DNA of 60,564 bases, counting the filler, from Bipalium vagum (Eukaryota): the NCBI GenBank assembly GCA_037834085.1. It is 3 parts of 3 records of this genome, joined end to end, with 100 filler letters (N's around TTAATTAATTAA, not from the genome) between each part and the next. Parts side by side here need not be neighbours in the genome. Positions count along the whole stretch, not along the records: positions 38,806 to 60,564 come from JBBMKC010232393.1; 2 more parts are not named here. One strand, given 5' to 3'. The position numbers and the translations under genes were made by a program. Below are positions 52,101-60,564 of this stretch, in pieces. Numbering within the stretch: position 1 is the stretch's first letter; the number at the start of each line of letters is the position of its first letter. The notes below the pieces were generated by a model. It was not told where the DNA came from, did not search any database, and saw nothing but the letters and a program-made list of their open reading frames with translations.

Positions 52101-55100
52101 GTAAGAGGATTTGTCATTAATTTCCGTCAAAAAATGACATTTTTTCAGAATAACGTTATTATTTTTGAAAGAGTGTAAAATAAATAAATTGATCAGAAAA
52201 ATATAAAATAAATAGAGAGTAAATATAATTATTCTTAAATATTGTTTTATTATGGTTTTTTCTTGCCTGAACAACTCATGTTCAAGTAGAACTCATGGTT
52301 TTACTTGATATCTTACTGAAGTAATCAACGATTTTCTCGAAAAAAGCTCAAGAAGATCGGATGCCAAAATAGACATTATTGAGTTCAACGTACTTGTTCA
52401 TTATGGTGGACCATTGTTTATTCATCTGTTCCAGATTGCTTTCCAGCTCTAAGCAGTTCTCTCCAGAGTACGAATTCGTCAATTCATACGACATGGACTG
52501 ATAATCATTCATTGATTGCTGCCAGCTGGGGATTCCCATCTTTACATCCTGAAAACAATGCAATGTAACAGACCAAAGACAAAATTACATCAAGTAATAT
52601 TTATAATAATTAAAGGCAAATTTTCTTTCAGTACTCATATTTGTAGAATAATTAATAATAATAAAACAAACAATAATAATATTTGTAACAAGCAGAAAAT
52701 ATATTAACGATATATCCATATCAAGTATTATAAAATTTACATCAAGAATTTTCTGATTTTTCGAGCTCAGGCCTTCCGAGAGAAGTCTGTTAAGTTTTTC
52801 TTCCGACTCTTCCATCCATTGTCTCAAAGATAGCTCAATGTCATTGAGCTTGAATTTCAGCTGTTGTATATTGATCATTTCGTGCTCTCTTTCATTTAAC
52901 TTTTCCTTTGTACTGTTCCATAGCCGATCAACTTTGTCAACTTGAATAACGTAATTAATAATAATATCAACAAAAGTAGACCAAAATAAAATAAAAATAA
53001 TATTGATCATTCATAATGGCAATGGAGTGGTTAATAATTTAAACATGTACAGTGATGGTTGAATTTCATTCCAATACGAATATGAATGAATNNNNNNNNN
53101 NNNNNNNNNNNNNNNNNNNNNNNNNNNNNNNNNNNNNNNNNNNNNNNNNNNNNNNNNNNNNNNNNNNNNNNNNNNNNNNNNNNNNNNNNNNNNNNNNNNN
53201 NNNNNNNNNNNNNNNNNNNNNNNNNNAATACGACTGGTAACAAGTATCATTCATTATATCAATCAATAATATGCAACAATTATCAATTTCCAAAGATATC
53301 TTAATGTGATTACAAAAGACCCACATATCCTTTAATAATGTTGTTTGTTAATTAACTTGGGAGAAGCTCTTAATTATTCTCATATCTCCAAGATATAACA
53401 ATGAAATCAATATTCCCAATTCTTCTTTCTATAAATAAAAATTAAAACAAACAAATAATATTTTCCAAAATTAGATATTATATTGGAAATGTGTTATTGT
53501 CTCCAATCGAAGAATACAAAGACTGTTTTTTAATTACATAAATCGTTTTTAATTAATAAAAAAGATTACAAAAAAAATAAATAATTGATAATTTGGAAAA
53601 AACATGAAATTGTTATACAAATGTCTTTCTTTGAGGGATCCCTTGCCACTCATGGAGTAACGATTCATGGAAGTATTGTTTTAATTCCACAATAAGCAAT
53701 GGAGAGCGTAATTGAATTAAACGGCCAAAATGTGACATTAAAATTGAAAATTGCCCAGGATCCCGTCGTGATCCCTGGCTTCGTATTATCAACACTAACT
53801 AGATTATCGCTCAATGTTACCCGATTGTAAAAATAATAACAAAATGCAATTAGCAAAAGTAGAATTTACTAAAACGAAAATGACATATCTAACCACTATC
53901 ATTCATCATTTCTGCTGATAAATCAAAATAAAATTTCAGAATAATTCCACTGGAACAAAAACCGTATGGAATCCATTTGGTAATTAATCATAGATTAAGT
54001 CTCCCAAGACAAGTACATTGAAACGGGCTTGATCGTTGCTTATCAGGTTTGAATGAGATTATCCATGAAACAAAATAACAATTCAGTTTAGGGAAACTAT
54101 TCTCCGAGCTGGCTATGAGAAAAGGGGAATTTCAACTTGTGTCATACCAGAATGAAAGTAGGTTTTCCAATGGAAAAAAAATCATTAAGTGATTGATAAA
54201 TAGATTCGCTGGTATTTGTTCGTTGAAAAAGCCAACCGTTTATTAGAAATCGGACTGGAATCTTGGAAAATATAACAAGTCACTGTGGGAAACCAATAAA
54301 CAATTTCCCCATATTCTATTTGGGAGAAAAATCGACTATTAAAAAAAGATGTAAACAGAAAAAAATTTAATGATAAATTAAAATATTTTATTAATACAAG
54401 TTTAATGATAAGCGTCCTCGTGAATTATTTTCTGGACTATTTTTTCCATAATTGAAAACAATAATTTCAGTTAAAATTGGAAAATTTTTATTTAATTATT
54501 TTTTTGTTTTAAACAGTGAGAATTATAAATAAAAAATAATTAAAATTTAATATTAAAAATACATAAAATATTAAAACAAAAAAGACAAGATAAAATATTA
54601 TATGGAAAATAATATTAAACAAATTCACACTTAACTGAGAAAGTGATAATAAAATAATTAATTATATAATTTAATTATTTATTTTCTTTCTCAATGACCA
54701 ACTGGATATGAAAAATTCGTTGTGTTATTATATTACAAATTTCATTATCAAAAAGAATTGGTGTTAAATTTAAAAGATCAAATTACGTAAAATTTTAAAT
54801 ACATTAAAAATAGAAAATATATATAAAATAAAAATAATAATAATAATAACATGTCGCAAAATTATGTGGAAACCTTTGACTTATTAATGTTAAATAAAAT
54901 TAATTAAATGATTTCGTAGAATTCCTAAGAAAACTTTCATTTTCAGTTGCAACAAAAATTAGAAAAACTCACAATATTTTAAGAAGAAAATTAATAAAAG
55001 ATTTATTTTAACTTCAATTTTAACTAATTTGAAAAGGAAAATAAATTGATTGATAACTTTTAAGATATAAATTAACTTTTGAAAAAATCGATTTATGGTT

Positions 55101-57923
55101 GAAATATTTCCCATTTTATACCTCATCCTAGGCAAAAGTTATAAATATAAGAACTAATTGCCACAGAATTTCCATTTATAATATTTAATTATTAAAATAA
55201 TTTAATTATTTTTGATTTAGTAATTTAATGATAATTAAATTATTTCAATAAATCAATAAAAATAATATATTATTATTATTATTAATTATTTTTATTTGTA
55301 TTTTAAATTTATTATTATTATTATTATTAATTTTCATTTATATTGGAATCTTTTTAATTTTTATTCCTTTACTTATCCAATGTTTCTTTTTCAGCTTCTG
55401 TTCATGAATTATTATGAATTATTAAAATTAAAATAAAATCCTATGAAAAGTATATTATTATTATTTTTTATGTTATTATTTAATTATTTATTAATTTTCA
55501 ACGAATTATAATATAAAGATGATTTATACATAGAGAACCTTTAAAAATCGAAAAACTACGAGACGAATGTCAACATTGTTAACTTTTTCATATTTTTTCC
55601 ATTGTCAGAATTATTTTCGCCAGTCTGAGCAAATATTTCGTCAGTCTATTTCCCTGTCTCTAGCAGGGCGAATTTTCAGCACACCTTTTTTCTATTTGCA
55701 GAAATAAAAGACTTTCTGCTTAATTTCGCAATGGCATAAATTGGTTTAACATCGTTTTCCTTTAATATATTTACATAGGTCAAAGAAAGATTGAAAAATT
55801 TCATTTTCGATCTGAAAGGAAATTTATTTATCTTTACAAGGAAGATGTATGGACGTAATCAAGTAAGATTTGCTCTAGAGAAATAAATTTATTAAAATAT
55901 TTGACAAGATCATTCAAAAACGTCCATTGATTTAAAGGATAAAGAGAATAAATTAAGAGTTTATTTTATGAGTGTCACTGTTCGATATTTATTTTAAAAT
56001 TGTCGCGATAATGATTTGATAAAATTGCTTAGAATAATAAAAAATAACTTTTATCCATGGAAAACTAATAATAAAAAGACACATGGGATCAGCTCTTAAG
56101 AATTTCTATTTATCATGTCAAGTCATAAATACAGAGAGGCAACATTGTCAAGTGAATATAAATTCCAATAATAATTCCCTTTTATTTGTCTTTTGACATA
56201 TTCCAATACTTTCCATGATGATATCAGCCATTTTATGTGTTTATTTTTATAACTGTTTTCCAAAATTAAAACAAATTCCCTCTTAGCTTTTAATATATTT
56301 CCCATAAATAATCGAGTTATGTTTATTAATAAAAATATCACACTTTCTTGGGTGAATGGTAACATTGATGTCTCAATCATCCATAAAAATATATAATTAA
56401 CAAAATATAAAGAAACACGAATTTATTAAAAATGTACAAAAAAGAATCATAATATCAAGAGGAAATATTGAAAATAAGGTAATCGCACCTTTGGTGGAGA
56501 AGTGAAGCAAAAAAGTCCTGAAAAAAAGTGATACCTCTTAATCAATAAATATCATGATAATATCGAGAGACTAAGAAAAGTAAAAATCTCCTTTTTAAAA
56601 TGGTTGTGTTAAATAGACTTTCTTTCATAATGATATTGGCCAAATTGTTAGCGGAAATGTTGAAACATTGAAATCCGAAATAGTGAAATTTTTGGAGATG
56701 AAATAAATAAATATTTTCTAAAAGAAGAAAAAGAAAAATTTTTTTAAAAAATAAAGGTGAAAGTGAAAAATAATATAATTTTTCATATTTTGCAACTTTT
56801 TATTGAGCAAAAGGTCCAAGGGTGAAATAAACTGAAGTATAAAATCTCAAAAATAAAGAAAAATTAATTACATAATTAATTCAATAACTTTATAAAATAT
56901 AACTTTGTAAAAAGAAAATAAGTGTGAGCCTCTAAAAGGATATTTATCTAATTTGTCTGTACCTAATAATAATTTCCACTGCCACTTTTTCAGCCAGTCT
57001 AATTTAAAATCATTAATAGTTTTTATCTTTCCTTCATTTTAGACTTATTTCCAAAACAAAAGACATCAAAATCCTCATTATCAACATATTAAGATTGCCA
57101 CTGAACCAATCTTGGATACCCCACTTAATAATTTCAATGTTCTAAAGTGTAAGTCGGTTGATAAATGCTTGTTCTATGTTCCACTAACATCTGTTGATGT
57201 TGAAAGAAGCTTCAGTAAATATAAACAAATAACTACGGAACAGAGACAAGGGCTATTAACAGAAAATTTAGGGAAAAAGTTATCAATGTATTTCAATAAA
57301 TAAATAATTTTCTTTTGAACTTTCTTTTTGGAGTTATTAGTTTTATGAGCATCTCTTTTAATAAATCATTATACTGCTTAAGAATTTTAAAAAAGACCGT
57401 CAACATACCTTGCAACAACGGAATTTTTAAAGAAAACCTTCAAAAATACTAGCCCTACTAATTGCTTTAATTCTAATAGTTCTAAAGAGTATCATAATAA
57501 TCTCCTTTCCTTTGAAAAATATTTCACTTTTATATTTTTGTTTAAGTGCAAATTATATAAGCATAAGAATCATTTGAATGATAGTGGGCAAGGAAGGGAA
57601 TAAAATGATTTTATGAAAAATATTGATGAACAAAAAATTTCTTAGAACTCCTAAAAAATCTTTTCAATTTAAAATAAATAAAAGGAATTGGTTCTTTGAT
57701 TAAATGAAAATAATTTTTTAAAAAAAAGTTGAACTTCATGTCTCCCAATTGAATACATTAAGACTGTATCCTTTGTAATTATGTGTACTTAATCTGATAC
57801 GGTAATGTTTTGTTTTAAATAACATGAAAAATATAGAAGGTTACAGGAAATTAGTTTCTTAAAAGGACAAGATATTTAGAAGATTTTAATATTTTAAATT
57901 ATTATTTATTATTAAAATTTTAA

Positions 57924-57965
<42 letters not shown>

Positions 57966-60370
57966 GTTTTTTTACATTATTATTATTTGTTTACATTGTA
58001 ATATATTTGAATCTTTTTAATACTAAATATTAAAATTAAAAATATTTGTAAACATAAAATAAAAATATGAATAGATGACATTATTATAATAAAATTTCAC
58101 AATATCATATTAAACAAGATCAATGATATTCATTTATAATTTAATATTTTTTTTGATATCCAGAATCCTTTTCATTCAATATTTCATGTTTGATGGCTTT
58201 CATATTTTAATTATAATTAATTAAAATATTTAGAAAAATAATATTTTCATAAAATGTAGATAATAATAATAATAACTATTATTATTATAAAATCTTATAA
58301 TTAGTATTAAAATAATATAAATTAAACATATTTTAATTAAAATAATTATATATTAAGAAATATATATAAATAATTTATTGATTTTTTCTAAATGTTCTGA
58401 AAATATTATATATTAGTTGTTTTTCTTCAAAAATATTATTGCAAAAAATATTGAATTATTTATATAATGAATTATTCCTAATCAGTAAATCAATAAAATA
58501 AAACTGTCTTTAACATAGGCAATTATCAAAAAATATCCAGATAATGGGAACAGCTAATATTTTTTTATATCAATTTTCAGGGAATATTAAAATTGTGATA
58601 AAAAATTTAAGGGCCAAAATACCCCCGGTAAGAAATAAAAATTGATTAATCCATTACGCTTTAATTAATAATAATGATTTGACATTTAAAATAAAAATTT
58701 GCCGAAATCACAATATTACAATAATAAAATATTTCCACAATATTATAATAATAATAATTTATTTTTGATCTCTAAATTTGGTACAAATTATACGACCAAA
58801 GCGTTTTAATTAATATTCTATTAATATTTACCATATATATATTCAAAATAAAAAATAAAAAATAAATATTCAATGTCACCATATGTTGATCCGAAGCGCA
58901 ATATTTATCAAAGGAAAAATTGAAAAGTTCATTTATTTTTGGTATTAGAATAAGAAATGTTCCTCATAAAAAGAAAAGTAACAGAAATATATTAACATAA
59001 AAAATGAAACATAATTAAAGATTAATAAAAAAAATTTACATATAAAAGAAAAGGGAATTTTCTTCTGCTCGGTTTATCAAAATTATTATCTAATGTGGAA
59101 TATCTATGATTACGTTTTAATTGCAACAAGTGGAGATAAATTATATTAAATTCAACTAATAATAAATCTTTTTTCCAATGGAAAGTGAAACTCAGCTTTG
59201 TAACTTATAAAAAAAAGGAAACATTTTTCCTCTCATCAAGACTAACGATATATATCCGATTTTCTATGATCATCGTCATCGTTATTCGATCTAGACTCCA
59301 GAAAATCGCTTTCCACCTCTTCAACCAGCGTTGGCGTATCCCTGTCGGGCATGATGATTCTAATTTCGTCAACAAACGAATCCATTTCCTGATAGTCAGA
59401 GTTGACCCTCATCGGCTCGGACGTGCACGATGGGGAACATGACAAATTGTCATGCTCCTCTTCAGTGGAATTCAATGAATTTTCTAATACATGATGTTTA
59501 TTGGCATAATCGTCAATGAACAGTTTATTTTCCGCTGGATTGGATAATGAGGATTTTTTCATCATGGTATTCGTATTCGGCTGAACTTTGTCTTCATCCA
59601 GATTTTCCACAACAAATTCCGACATTGCCTGACGAATATTGGTAAAGACTCGAGAAACGGGGAAAAAATATTGCATAATTGGAATGAAAAAATATGTCAC
59701 CAATCAATTATTGTTCATAATCTCGAAACAGTTTTTTGTCGGAGATAAGCAACGAAATCTTGATCATTCAACACAGTATGGAGTGGTTGGGATTCACTTT
59801 TTAATTAGCATCTCAACATTTTATATAGGCATGACGAGCGATGGTATGATCGTCCAAAAATCCAGTGACAAAGACTGCGATACTGGATATAGTCGTTTGC
59901 ATAACATTCATTATCCGCATAATATCTATAAGCAACTTGTTTAGTCTATTGGTTTAATAGAAAGGATAATTTGAGTCCAGAGAATATCAATCGACATAAC
60001 TGTTCAAGTCAGCATAAAGAAAAAATTATTATTATTATTTCAGTCTGTCTTTCTTTTTCATCCCTCTCTTTTTCTGCAGTGGTTGAATCGAGATAGAGAA
60101 GATTGGTACGAAAAGTCGATGTTGTGTATTTATTTTATCAATATTAAATTGTGACTTATTTTTTTCCCTCTTTTTTTTTATTTATTATAGAGATTATGAT
60201 TTTCATCATCACTGTTTTAATTAATATATCAACAGTTTTCTTTCGATGATCAATAACGGCTTACTTGTTTCTGCAAAATTGGAATCTCTGTTCTGACTGG
60301 AATACAGTGATCTTTTCTCAAGGATCGACTGGAGAATGATTTTGTGTTTTTCCAGCTTTTCATTAAAAAT
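43180..60370 (-). CDS. DMD: Dystrophin/utrophin-family gene, internal part (terminal spectrin repeats, WW, EF-hand 1); both ends outside the contig
   Basis: Phase-consistent exons (minus): 60370-60265, 52940-52741, 52548-52394, 50679-50409, 46354-46227, 46173-45878, 44851-44685, 44632-44498, 44454-44324, 44268-44066, 44014-43948 ([23 protein letters not shown]), 43898-43762 ([14 protein letters not shown]...[20 protein letters not shown]), 43687-43180 (LDVID...[19 protein letters not shown]). These motifs are diagnostic of dystrophin. Confidence 0.93.
47380..48100 (-). mobile_element. Non-LTR retrotransposon reverse transcriptase relic (R2/NeSL-like)
   Basis: [32 protein letters not shown] and [13 protein letters not shown] motifs with stops. 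Confidence 0.85.
48646..48762 (-). mobile_element. Solo end of the same Tigger family as 10512-12461
   Basis: cctcacccgaaaaatcagtgtaaa...ggtattatttcca...caggttctactg|ta matches ~12350-12461. Confidence 0.85.
48840..49540 (-). mobile_element. Gypsy/Ginger-type integrase (rve) relic
   Basis: [12 protein letters not shown]...[10 protein letters not shown] resembles the integrase YILVIVDRFSK...FGxPxxIxTD core. Confidence 0.6.
49558..50040 (-). mobile_element. Mariner relic (3' half with TIR)
   Basis: [25 protein letters not shown] and [26 protein letters not shown]. Confidence 0.88.
57040..57458 (+). mobile_element. hAT transposase C-terminal (dimerisation domain) relic
   Basis: [32 protein letters not shown]; right end aaaatactagcccta. 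Confidence 0.78.
59247..59625 (-). CDS. Candidate alternative first (or cassette) coding exon of dystrophin, 126 aa, acidic
   Basis: Open frame [13 protein letters not shown]...[11 protein letters not shown] with a phase-1 donor C|GTTAGT at 59246, compatible with the acceptor at 52940. Confidence 0.65.
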
Positions 60371-60496
60371 CTGTAATGGCAAAATAGCAATGTTAGATAA
60401 AGATAAGGAAAAAATTATTATTTAATAATATATTATCAGAAAAAATTCTCATTAGACAAAATAGAAAATATTTAATATTAATATTAATATTAATAT

Positions 60497-60499
<3 letters not shown>

Positions 60500-60564
<65 letters not shown>
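60500..60564. repeat. (AAT)n/(ATT)n microsatellite at window end
   Basis: Seen directly. Confidence 0.93.

Noticed and set aside
51792-53326. ORF-track entries containing X runs
   Set aside because: Artefacts of translating across N gaps.
53600-56700. GC-richer islands and short ORFs (53613-53856, 55550-55810, 56123-56380) as further dystrophin first exons
   Set aside because: No ATG-led frame ending in a convincing phase-1 donor; may be regulatory but cannot be supported from sequence alone.
8162-60370. CIP2A-Cav2-dystrophin as a functional gene cluster or novel system
   Set aside because: The genes lie on separate concatenated contigs, so adjacency is unsupported.
1-60564. CRISPR arrays, rRNA/tRNA genes, prokaryotic or viral operons
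   Set aside because: No repeat-spacer array, cloverleaf or rRNA-like segment was visible by eye; the sequence is intron-rich eukaryotic DNA. tRNAscan-SE or Infernal would be needed to exclude small RNAs.

Overview
This window is extremely AT-rich eukaryotic (animal) genomic DNA. Very short 42-60 nt GT-AG introns, abundant (AAT)n microsatellites and a dense set of Tc1/mariner relics suggest a planarian-like flatworm (inference). It is not one locus. Two identical 100-nt spacers (44 N + TTAATTAATTAA + 44 N, at 16025-16124 and 38706-38805) join three separate assembly pieces. Piece 1 (1-16024) carries the first coding exon of a Ras-family small GTPase (minus) and 13 exons of a CIP2A homologue (minus, 5' end missing) with a Tigger/pogo transposon in an intron. 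Piece 2 (16125-38705) carries the 3' half of a Cav2-type voltage-gated Ca2+ channel alpha-1 gene (plus; domain III pore to a C-terminal ...DDEEWC PDZ ligand). Piece 3 (38806-60564) carries an internal part of a dystrophin gene (minus; last spectrin repeats, WW, EF-hand 1). About 20 decayed transposon relics fill the introns. I built the exon chains by hand from splice sites and phase, and recognised the families from remembered protein motifs; no database search was run. I found no evidence for a new multi-gene biological system. The best leads are a candidate internal first exon giving a short dystrophin isoform, a ~100-aa insertion in dystrophin EF-hand 1, candidate alternative exons after the Cav2 IQ motif that could remove the PDZ tail, and an inverted 151-bp transposase copy beside its parent element that could form dsRNA.
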